64,000 nucleotides of DNA from a virus (lineage: Duplodnaviria; Caudoviricetes), in IMG/VR virus record IMGVR_UViG_3300049629_001293, positions 34,465 to 98,464 of that record. One strand, 5' to 3'. Positions 1 through 9,600 of the stretch are shown in pieces. The notes under the pieces are model-generated. The model saw only the letters and a program-made list of their open reading frames with translations. It was not told the origin of the DNA and searched no databases. The stretch's first letter is position 1, and the number at the start of each line of letters is the position of its first letter. The translations under genes were made by a program, and so were the position numbers.

Positions 1-293
1 GCATATTGTTTCCAATCCGACTCTGACAACCCTTTACGCTTAACAGCAACAATCGTATTACCATCGGCTTCTACAACCAAAACCTTCTCAATCCCTAATT
101 GACCCGCTTCCTCAAAGGTTCCATTCCCCGCACGGATAACGTCATTTTCATCAATAACAATGGAACGGCAAGCCCCAAACTGTTCTAAGGATTTGGAAAT
201 CACCTTAGCTGATAACGGCGTTCTTTTCCGTGCGTTATTAGGATCGGGTGTCAGACTTGAGATATTTGTTTCAGTAATTTTAGGTTTAGTCAT
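1..293 (-). CDS. ParB/Sulfiredoxin-like N-terminal domain protein (partial, runs off window start)
   Basis: Manual translation from ATG at 293: MTKPKITETNISSLTPDPNNARKRTPLSAKVISKSLEQFGACRSIVIDENDVIRAGNGTFEEA; the PxPxNAR...SL.QFG...IV.D....AGNG pattern is typical of phage ParB-like proteins. Confidence 0.75.
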   Translation of the reverse strand, partial: MTKPKITETNISSLTPDPNNARKRTPLSAKVISKSLEQFGACRSIVIDENDVIRAGNGTFEEAGQLGIEKVLVVEADGNTIVAVKRKGLSESDWKQY

Positions 294-466
294 GAGTTTT
301 TGTGATGATGTTTAATTTGTTAATTCTAATCTGGAATTATACTTGGATCAAGTTAATAACAGAAGCGGATTCAGGGGTTCGCTTCCGAGGATTCCGAGGT
401 GTCAATTTTAGGTCGGCAATATCAACTTGTTCGATTTTGGGTTTCGTCATAAATCAATAATATCTT

Positions 467-1213
467 ATGGTTGATTATGGTGTTCTGTCTATGTTAGCAT
501 CTAATTGTCCATTTCGGCACGACTCGGAAGGAGTTCGGAATACTTTGAACAAACCTGATAATACAAGACTAGACCTTTTGATCAAAGCTGTCGAAATTTT
601 AGTCGAGAATCCATACTTGTCCAACGTAAAAGTTGCCAAGTTAGTGGGGTGTGACGAAGGCTCTATTCGGCGATGGAAGAAGTTGGATATATGGAAAGAA
701 GAAGAGCAAAAAATATTAAAAATAAGAATGGAGGTAGCAGGAAATATATTATCAAATATCGTAAAAGGTAATCAGAGTGAGCAAAGAAACCAAAGTCATC
801 AGGATACTCAAAGTCATCAAAATACTCAAAGATATCAGAATACTCAAGGTGTTCGGGAGCAAAACGAGGATGTTAAAGATTTTGATCGGACTGACGTATT
901 TGAAACAAAGAGACGGATTCAGTATCAAGCCAACCTAGAGAAACAGCAAGACGACTTAAAGTTATTCCTAGAGGCAATCAAGGCAACGGGTGTCCAATCG
1001 CTAAAGTTAGCAAATAAAACTTATACCGAGTTAGGGAAAATGGATAACCCTGTCAAGGCTTGCCAGCAGGGGACAAAGGCAGGGGTTCATTTTCACGTCC
1101 GTACGGGGATGGACGCAGTAAAGGAAGTAGACCGACTCATTGAACGAATCTATCAAATAGATCGGGTTCTTGAGTATATGGAACAACAAATTGGGACAGA
1201 TGATTATGATTAA
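467..1213 (+). CDS. HTH DNA-binding protein, candidate terminase small subunit
   Basis: N-terminal HTH (LSNVKVAKLVGCDEGSIRRWKK), Q-rich 6-aa repeats, helical C-terminus; adjacent to a ParB-like gene. Confidence 0.4.
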   Translation: MVDYGVLSMLASNCPFRHDSEGVRNTLNKPDNTRLDLLIKAVEILVENPYLSNVKVAKLVGCDEGSIRRWKKLDIWKEEEQKILKIRMEVAGNILSNIVKGNQSEQRNQSHQDTQSHQNTQRYQNTQGVREQNEDVKDFDRTDVFETKRRIQYQANLEKQQDDLKLFLEAIKATGVQSLKLANKTYTELGKMDNPVKACQQGTKAGVHFHVRTGMDAVKEVDRLIERIYQIDRVLEYMEQQIGTDDYD

Positions 1214-1263
1214 CTTATATGGGACTACGTGTAACAGGCGAATCTACGGGAATGACAATACAA

Positions 1264-1293
1264 AAAAACACCCAATTAATACAGGGTGTTTTT
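1264..1293. terminator. Bidirectional intrinsic terminator
   Basis: AAAAACACCC-N10-GGGTGTTTTT between convergent genes. Confidence 0.65.
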
Positions 1294-1310
1294 GATTGAT
1301 AAGATAACTC

Positions 1311-1706
1311 TTAACTATCGGCGTTAAAACCATCTACAATCCCCATCAAATCAGGAATCAAAGATTGAATCTTTAAATATTTTTCCGATAAAGCCGCCTC
1401 CATTGCCTCCAGCCGTGCCTCTATGTCAGGGTCAATTGTCGGGGTTTGTCGTGCCTCTAGTTTGGCAATTCTGTCCAGCAGTTCAGCGTAGCTTGATTTG
1501 GGCTTTTCAACCTTCCTCTCTAGTTTTACCTCGCCATCGGTTAAGGTTTCAATCCCACTAATCAGGATATCTCTGATCGTTTTTGATTGGTCATAGTTAA
1601 CGCTCCCCCTGTTGTTAGGGGCTGTGGGGTAATGTTCCCGTCCGTAGGCTTCTATTGCAGTCAGAAGGTCGTCGGGACATCGGAAGTTAATCAGTCTGTT
1701 AGCCAT
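1311..1706 (-). CDS. Ribbon-helix-helix type regulator with coiled-coil tail
   Basis: N-terminal beta strand LINFRC followed by two helices (DDLLTAIEAY; SKTIRDILISGI); divergent from the early operon. Confidence 0.5.
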   Translation of the reverse strand: MANRLINFRCPDDLLTAIEAYGREHYPTAPNNRGSVNYDQSKTIRDILISGIETLTDGEVKLERKVEKPKSSYAELLDRIAKLEARQTPTIDPDIEARLEAMEAALSEKYLKIQSLIPDLMGIVDGFNADS

Positions 1707-1758
1707 AGGTTCTCTGTTTTACTTTGTGGGTTAAGTATAACACAACAATTGGGAATAT

Positions 1759-1854
1759 AGGACAAATAACAGGACACATAACAGGACACATAACAGGACA
1801 TATAACAGGACATATAACAGGACATATAACAGGACACATAACAGGACATATAAG
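1759..1854. repeat. 12-bp tandem repeat AGGACA(C/T)ATAAC x8
   Basis: Directly visible, period 12, in the divergent promoter region. Confidence 0.95.
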
Positions 1855-1906
1855 TAAAACATTATGTTTTATATCTTACCTATAGAAAAGTCTGATGTAA
1901 AACACC

Positions 1907-1935
1907 TTGACAAAGTAAAACAAATCGGTTATAGT
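1907..1935 (+). promoter_or_regulatory. Sigma70-type early promoter P1
   Basis: TTGACA-17 bp-TATAGT. Confidence 0.8.
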
Positions 1936-1993
1936 GTTATACATAGGGTAAAAAAAACCCTTAAACCACTACGGAACACGGAACCTTGAAATT

Positions 1994-2260
1994 ATGAATA
2001 ACCAAACAGAACGCTTCTTAACGTTTGCATCAGAAAAAATGGTGACAGTAGAAGGCTTCTACTACTGTTTCAACGATACCGGAATCGAGTTTATGCCCTC
2101 TGATAGTGAGTTATGGTTAACACTCACCTTTGAAGGGCAACTGGAAACCACCTATATCCAATACGAGGGGACTAAATCAATAGTCGAAGTCACTGAAAGA
2201 TTCCCAGAAGATGTAAAGGTTACTGAAATCATCAAATGGTTAAAATCGAAAATTAAATAA
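1994..2260 (+). CDS. Hypothetical early protein
   Basis: 88 aa ORF directly behind P1. Confidence 0.6.
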   Translation: MNNQTERFLTFASEKMVTVEGFYYCFNDTGIEFMPSDSELWLTLTFEGQLETTYIQYEGTKSIVEVTERFPEDVKVTEIIKWLKSKIK

Positions 2261-2357
2261 ATCCTAAAACCCCTCCCTAGAGGGGAGTTTCACCCACCTA
2301 TAACTCAACTGTCTTGCTTTTAAGTAAAACCTATAAGTAAGACTAATCTAAAACTAC

Positions 2358-2386
2358 TTGACATCTGTAAAGCATAGCTGTAAGAT
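2358..2386 (+). promoter_or_regulatory. Sigma70-type early promoter P2
   Basis: TTGACA-17 bp-TAAGAT. Confidence 0.7.
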
Positions 2387-2474
2387 GTAAGACATCAGAG
2401 TAAAACAACCAATACAGTTTAACTCTGATAACGCAACACAACACAACACAGTCACTACATATAAGGACAACACA

Positions 2475-3128
<654 letters not shown>

Positions 3129-3211
3129 GGACTTCTAACCTATCTGTAAGACTTATAAGTAAAACATATAGTAAAGTGTTTTGCTTATAAGTAAGACAAA
3201 TGTAAAACTAC

Positions 3212-3240
3212 TTGACAAAGTAAAACAAATTAGTTATACT
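3212..3240 (+). promoter_or_regulatory. Sigma70-type early promoter P3
   Basis: TTGACA-17 bp-TATACT, near-identical to P1. Confidence 0.8.
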
Positions 3241-3351
3241 GTTTTACATAGGGGTCAAGAAAACACCTCTTAAACACAACAGAGTCAGAAGGGCTACTTT
3301 CTCAGGGACGCCCAACCGACTCACCAAACCCTAGTTAAAGGATTCAATATC

Positions 3352-3777
3352 ATGGTAGCTCAAATTCAAGTCACAACGACAACCGAGATCATCTCAAGCT
3401 ATTACTCCGATTTTGACGGAATCACAATCGACACAATTTTAATGGCCCACCCAGACGGGTCAACAGAAATCCGATACGGTTGGACTGAATTAATGGAAAA
3501 CGGTGGCACAGTCCACTTTATCCGTACCGAGAAGGGGAGCGTCCTTAACGGGAATTGGGCAACGGTTCGCTCCAACAAATGGATGACAGCTTACAAAACT
3601 TTAAAACCCAAAACAACCCAAGCCCGACCCCAACCCGTGCAAATCCCCGTTATTCGTAGCTACGCAGGAAAAGCCTTTAGCTCAGGGCGAATCAAACCAA
3701 ACACGCCCGATTTTGATATTACAGAAGCACAAATGAATAAAATTTTGAGTGATGCCCGTCAATCACTCGGCTGGTAA
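3352..3777 (+). CDS. Hypothetical early protein
   Basis: 141 aa ORF with RBS AAGGA. Confidence 0.65.
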   Translation: MVAQIQVTTTTEIISSYYSDFDGITIDTILMAHPDGSTEIRYGWTELMENGGTVHFIRTEKGSVLNGNWATVRSNKWMTAYKTLKPKTTQARPQPVQIPVIRSYAGKAFSSGRIKPNTPDFDITEAQMNKILSDARQSLGW

Positions 3778-3845
3778 AAAACAATGGGGGTGAAATTCCC
3801 CCGACTTCCACAACTTAACCTTTATTCCCCTAGAACAAACAAACA

Positions 3846-4400
3846 ATGGACACTTTAGAGAAAATATTGAAATCTTTCGGCCAAACCTTTGATCAATACA
3901 TTGAACAGAAGCCTGTGTTCTCCAAAGGTTCAAAATCGGGAACCGTTGAGTATATTCCTTGGTTTAGCTTGTGCGATATTCTCGACACCTACGCCCCCGG
4001 CTGGGAATGGGAACTAAGCTGTGATTATCACGGGGATAGAACCGTTGTTATAGGAAAGCTCACAATTCATGGAAGCGATCGCAGTATCTCACGATCAGCA
4101 ACTGGAAACGAAGACAGCAATTGCGGGAGTTTTGGCGACCCATGCTCCAATGCTGAAGCCATGGCACTTCGCCGAGCTTGCGCTAAGTTTGGGATTGCTC
4201 GATATTTATGGGCAAAAGATGAAAAGCCTAAATCTAATCAGCAACCATCTAGCACTTTTAAGACCACACCACCACGCGAAAAAGGAACTATCAGCCGAGA
4301 GGAATGGTTAGCACGGCAGAAAAGATCGGAAGGGATTGATACGATGATTCATCAAACAATGCTAGATGAGCAACCGCGCTCAGATATGTTTGGCGATTAA
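3846..4400 (+). CDS. Rad52/Rad22 (Sak-like) single-strand annealing protein
   Basis: YIPW...LD.YAPGWEW...GKLTI.G...R.ATG...FGDP.SNAEAMALRRACAKFGIARYL motif. Confidence 0.85.
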   Translation: MDTLEKILKSFGQTFDQYIEQKPVFSKGSKSGTVEYIPWFSLCDILDTYAPGWEWELSCDYHGDRTVVIGKLTIHGSDRSISRSATGNEDSNCGSFGDPCSNAEAMALRRACAKFGIARYLWAKDEKPKSNQQPSSTFKTTPPREKGTISREEWLARQKRSEGIDTMIHQTMLDEQPRSDMFGD

Positions 4401-4476
4401 TTCCCCTAGAACAACCGAGACCTGAGCAAGTCTTTAAAAGGCTCAACAAACCATTATTTATTTAAGGTAAAAAAAA

Positions 4477-4707
4477 ATGAACAATAACTACATCGCCAGC
4501 GTCGAACCCTTAATCTTTGACACCTACGAAGAATTTAAAACCTGGATAGGGGAAGAGAGCAAAAGCCCTAGTTTTATTGCCCCAGCTATGATCGGATTTC
4601 CTTCTAAAAAGGAGAGCGATAAATTTATCTTAAATTACAAACCAGTCATAAGTTATGACTGTGGATCAGTCAAATACAACAAAATCTGGGGGAATCAATT
4701 CCTCTAG
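4477..4707 (+). CDS. Hypothetical protein
   Basis: 76 aa ORF in the early operon, RBS AAGG. Confidence 0.55.
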   Translation: MNNNYIASVEPLIFDTYEEFKTWIGEESKSPSFIAPAMIGFPSKKESDKFILNYKPVISYDCGSVKYNKIWGNQFL

Positions 4708-4772
4708 CCAATATCTGGGGGTGAAATTCCCCCAATTCAAACAATCAACCAAATCAACTAAAAGATTAAATC

Positions 4773-5129
4773 ATGGCAACAAATTCTCCCGCATCAAAAA
4801 TTAAATCTAAACTAAAAAAAATATTTCCTAATACTAAGTTTAGTGTAACAACACCAGATTATCGCTATACCAAAGTTCGTGTTAAATGGGATATGGAAAT
4901 CGGTAGCAGTCTAACTTGGAATGCAATCAAAGCTGTTACAGATAAATACAACACTCATCCAACAATTAATAATTCTGGTGTTGAGTTATTACCTAATTTC
5001 AGTAAAGAACGAAAAGATTGGACGTTAGAGTGTATCAAAAATCTTCCCGTTGAAGGTGAAGAAAAATATGATGAAATAAAAAGATACAACCACTACATCA
5101 AAAATGGTGTATGTAACAATTTAGATTAA
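4773..5129 (+). CDS. LPD29-like (large polyvalent protein domain) protein
   Basis: N-terminal ASKIKSKLKKIFPNTKFSV...VRVKW pattern. Confidence 0.6.
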   Translation: MATNSPASKIKSKLKKIFPNTKFSVTTPDYRYTKVRVKWDMEIGSSLTWNAIKAVTDKYNTHPTINNSGVELLPNFSKERKDWTLECIKNLPVEGEEKYDEIKRYNHYIKNGVCNNLD

Positions 5130-5159
5130 TAAACAAATCAACCAAAGGAAAAAAATATC

Positions 5160-5495
5160 ATGTTAGATAATTTAATTGTCGGTGGCAAATACACAATTCA
5201 TTTCATTTATGAACAGTTTTATAAAAAAACTGAAACGTTAGTTTTAAACTCGTTTCATTATGAAATATTTGAGATTAAAAAAACCGATTCAGGATTGCTA
5301 ATCAAATGCAAACGTAAAGGTCAATTTTACGAAACAGAGCTTAGTACCATCGGTCATTTCATAATTACAGAAAATTGGGTTAAGAATCCAAAGATTAATT
5401 GTGAAAAGCTCAGAGGTTTACCACTCAACGAGATTCTAAAAATCAAAATGAAAGAGATAGGTATTGAAGAATCTGATTTCTTGTACCAACAATAA
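5160..5495 (+). CDS. Hypothetical protein
   Basis: 111 aa ORF in the operon. Confidence 0.55.
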   Translation: MLDNLIVGGKYTIHFIYEQFYKKTETLVLNSFHYEIFEIKKTDSGLLIKCKRKGQFYETELSTIGHFIITENWVKNPKINCEKLRGLPLNEILKIKMKEIGIEESDFLYQQ

Positions 5496-5656
5496 ACCTT
5501 TATGGGAATTGGCGATCGCATAACTTCAACTCAACAGAAAGGAGGTGATGTTTAGACGAGGATCATCGGTCATCTGGTGTTTGTGTAAGTAAGACGAATC
5601 CGGGGTAGGAAAGACCCTTGAACTACCCTTTTTTTTAACAAATTAACAGGAGGATA

Positions 5657-5842
5657 ATGAGCGAATTTAAAGGATTTGTAGTCAAGAATAGTTTAGGTCA
5701 AGTTGTATTTTCAAGTTCAAGACACAGCGAAGCACGGAAGGAATGTGAAAGGTTAAACCTTCTAGGCAATGACAAGTTTTTTATTGAGGAAAACTGGAAA
5801 GGTACACCAGTTTCGGTTATTACAAGGACAAGGAGAACATGA
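5657..5842 (+). CDS. Hypothetical protein
   Basis: Strong RBS AGGAGG; ATGA overlap with the next gene. Confidence 0.6.
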   Translation: MSEFKGFVVKNSLGQVVFSSSRHSEARKECERLNLLGNDKFFIEENWKGTPVSVITRTRRT

Positions 5843-6129
5843 GAAAAACAATTACAACACAGACAATTTATGGACTAGGAAAAGCTCAAGCCACGGCTAG
5901 AAAATGGTTGGCAGTTAACCGACTTGATGATGATTATTGGGGGATAACTTATATTCCGTTTGGGGTACGTTTTCCTGGTTGGTTTGCTACAAAAAGAGAT
6001 GCGATCGCAGCGTCAAAAATAGCAAGGAGAATATTCCCTTATCCATTCAAAAATAACGAACACCTGATGCCAACAGAAGCGCAGTGGTTTGAATCCCTAG
6101 AAGACAATCAAATCAATTTTTATAGATAG
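5839..6129 (+). CDS. Hypothetical protein
   Basis: RBS AAGGAG, coupled to the previous gene. Confidence 0.6.
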   Translation: MRKTITTQTIYGLGKAQATARKWLAVNRLDDDYWGITYIPFGVRFPGWFATKRDAIAASKIARRIFPYPFKNNEHLMPTEAQWFESLEDNQINFYR

Positions 6130-6191
6130 GAGAAATCAATTGAGAGGGTTTAAACTCCCTCTCCTAAACTTCACCAATAGGACTAAAAACA

Positions 6192-6563
6192 ATGCAAAAA
6201 TCTACTTTTAAGATTGCCACAAAATTTTCGGATGCTACTCGCACCGAACCCAGAAAACCTATCGAATACACAGAAGTAAGTGGGTACGTCATCGGGAATT
6301 GGGGAATTACTAATCATGGGGCCGGGGATGGTTGGGTCGTCTACCATATTGTTAAGGGTTTGCGATTGTCCTATCTATGTTTTGAGTGGGATAACGCCGT
6401 CGTTGTTTTGCAGATGACCGTTAAATTATTTGGGGAAAACAACGACGGCGAACCGACCTCCGATAATTATAAAAAATCCTGTGATTGGGAGCGCGAAGCA
6501 CGCCTAATAGCGGCCCGCGATTGTCTTTATTTTGATGATGATTGCGATAGTGACGATGATTAA
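6192..6563 (+). CDS. Hypothetical protein with acidic tail
   Basis: 123 aa, last gene of the early operon. Confidence 0.6.
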   Translation: MQKSTFKIATKFSDATRTEPRKPIEYTEVSGYVIGNWGITNHGAGDGWVVYHIVKGLRLSYLCFEWDNAVVVLQMTVKLFGENNDGEPTSDNYKKSCDWEREARLIAARDCLYFDDDCDSDDD

Positions 6564-6589
6564 TTGATTTGATTGTCAAGAATAACCAA

Positions 6590-6624
6590 TAATCCCTAGG
6601 GGTCAAGCTAACCTCTAGGGATTA
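6590..6624. terminator. Terminator between the early operon and the convergent tape measure gene
   Basis: TAATCCCTAG...CTAGGGATTA stem followed by a T-rich tract. Confidence 0.65.
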
Positions 6625-6682
6625 GTTTTATTTTACGCTTGTAGCGATCGCATTCCCTACACTTCCCAGTAAGATAGCTCCA

Positions 6683-9600
6683 CTAATTACGGGAGAGATT
6701 AACCATTTGCTGAATAACATTTTCTAATCTTGGCTCCACTTGTTTCTTAATTGATTCCCCCACTTTTTGATCGCCGTTTACGGTAATTGGGATATTTATT
6801 GTTGGAGAGATTGTCGTCTGCCCTTTCTCTGTGGCTTGTTGCAACGCCCGTAAGAAGTCTGGGGGAATACTAGGGGATAAAACGGGAGACAGGGCAGAGG
6901 GAAGTTTGAGAGGATCTGTTAATTGAGGAGAAGGTGCTGATCCCCCTCCAAGTCCGCCAGTGAGTTTGTAGATTTCAGAAGATGCGCTACCTGTTGCACC
7001 AGAGAACTCCCCATCCCCTCTTATGCTCCGCATTGTTCCCTCTGCGGACATCCCTCCTGGCAATCTTCTGCTCCCTTTTAATCCACTTTCTCTGAGGGCT
7101 TGCTCTCCCGTCGCTGCGGCTCGACCCGTTAGATCGCTTACACTGTCCACTCCAAAACCATCAAGCACGCTGGCAGTAATATCTGTAAAACGCTGCCGTT
7201 TTAATGATCTGTTACTGGTGTTGTTGGCCAAGTCTACCTGTGCCGAGCGAATAGCCCCTTGACTACGGAATTCCAACGCTTCTCTCTGGAGTTTGAAAAC
7301 TTTTGACTGGTTAATGTCTTGTCTCCGTAATAAATCCAAGTTTTGCTCTTGGTAGCCAACGTTCTCTCCTGCTATATCTGCCGCTGTTTGCAGGTCGTCT
7401 AACTCTTCTGGGGTTGTTCTAGGATCTTTCTTGGCTGATTTAAGAGCATTATCAGCTTTTCTTTTTTCAACTTTCGCATCATTCAACGCCCTTCTAGCAG
7501 CTAGTTTGTCCCGTTCTATTTCAATATCTTTCATTAATTGTTGGGATATCAGGCTTTGTCTATCAAATTCAGCTTGTTGCATAGCTGATTTTAATTTAAT
7601 AGCCGAGATTAATTCAGCGAGTTGTTTTTTCTTCCGTTCAGAGCGTTCTCCTTGGACTAAAGCATCTAATTCCCCTGAGTAAAAGCTACTAGCCGCGTCA
7701 AACACCCCTTTTTGTGCGTCCTGTAATTCCGAACGCATTTGAAGGGCTTTATTGAGAATATCGAATTTCCGACTCTGATTATCTAGTTCGTTATTCTGGC
7801 GTTTAATAGTGTTCTCATAGGCCTGTGCTTCCTTGTTTAACCCTGCTTCGTATTTCCTTACGATTGCATCAATCAACTGCCCCTGAGCCTCAACCAACTG
7901 CAACTGGAGCTTAATTTTCTCGCTAGCATCCGTCTCTAAACTAATTTTGGTTTGTAATGTTCTAATGGCTTGCTGTGCTATTGTTAGATCATATTCTTCC
8001 CCGAAAATCTTCCCTTGGTTTAGCAGGGTTTTTAAGGCAATTATTTCCTTAGTATTCTTAATCTCGGTTTCGGCAATCTCTAATGCTGCCCAGGCTTCTC
8101 GTTCTTCCCTGGTAGCTTCCTCTAGGGACAGCCTTAATTTGGCTTGCTTATTGACATCTTTTTCTCGGCTAAGTTGAAATTCCAACTCCTGAACTTTATC
8201 GGTAGCACTTGAAGCCCCTTCTAGCTCCCTGAGTGCGTTACCACTACTAATCTGCTTTTCTATGCTTAATAATTGAGCATCATTCTCTTTGGCGATGTTC
8301 CCTAAAACGGTTTGAGTGTGGGCATCCCAGGCTTCCTTCTCGGTTTTCAACATCCCCAGGGATTGTTGGAGTTGTTCTTGTCTTAGCTTTCTGATTTCAG
8401 TTTGTCTATTAGCCTCTAGTCGTGGGTCTGAGAGTGCGGGTTGAGCTTTTTTTGCCTCTAGTTTTTTAAATGTGTTATTGTATTCAGACTCAAGAGTTTT
8501 GAGGTTGTTTTTAATATTTTCCTCGTCAACTAAGTTCCGATCACCTCCAAATTCATTAAACGACCTCTGAACTTCATTTTGTCTAATTAATTCAGCTTCT
8601 TTAACTAAATCAACAGTTTTTTTAAGTTGTTTTTCTAGTGTAGAAAGTTCTTGGTCGTAGCCATCCTTGATTGTTTTTTGACGCTGAACCTGGAGTTTTC
8701 CGATTTCGGCGTTGACAGCTTCTCGACCTTCTTTGTCAGTATCCGCTAACTTCTTTAATTTGTTCTGTTGTTGCCTGATTTGTTCATCTAACCCCTTGAT
8801 TTGTAATTGTGATTTTTGGCTATTGTAGTTTTCCTCCGTGGATAGTCCTTGAGCAAGATATCCCTCGATGATTGACTGTTGCTCCTGAAAGTTTTTAACC
8901 AGTTCCTCGTTTCGTTTAGATCGTTCCTCTGCAATGGCTTTAGTGATATCCGATTCTATTTTCTTAATTTCTTCCCCTGCTTTTCGGACTGCTTCAAGAT
9001 TTCCAAAGGATTGTTGTTCAGACTGAATCCGTTGTTGTGCTGCCTTGCGTTCCTCTAATTCCTTAATTGTTAGTTCGGTGGTTAATCTCTCTGATTCTCT
9101 AATTCCTATCTCCCCATTCTTTTGTTGAGACTCTATTTCGGCTTTTTGTTTTGCGATAGTATCGGATCGCTTTTTGCTTTCCTGCTCAATGACTTTAGTA
9201 ATTGTTTCCTGTGCTTTGCGTTGAACCTCTTGATCTAACCTTGTATCATGGGCTAATTGACGGAGTTTGCTAGTAACATCCCTATCAATCGTTTGCCCCA
9301 TTTCTAATAGAGCCATGTTAAACTCAATAACCTCGGACGCTTTTTTCTTGAATACCTCCTGATCTCCAGATGGTTTTAGAATTGCATCCATAGCTTCATT
9401 TGCTTTTTTCTTTAACTGTTCTAACGCTGTTCCTAATACCGTTAAATCTTTTGGGGCAATAACCACGTTAGAGGAGGCTTGGGCTAATGCCGTTTTTAAC
9501 TTTTCTAACTCGCCTATTTGAGATTGAATATTAGACTTGTTAGCATCCCCTTTAACCGTTCTTTCTTGTTCTTTTAATGCAGCTATCTGATCCTCGATAA

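Noticed and set aside
1759-1854. CRISPR array (also considered for 41242-41301 and 21633-21702)
   Set aside because: Head-to-tail tandem repeats with no unique spacers.
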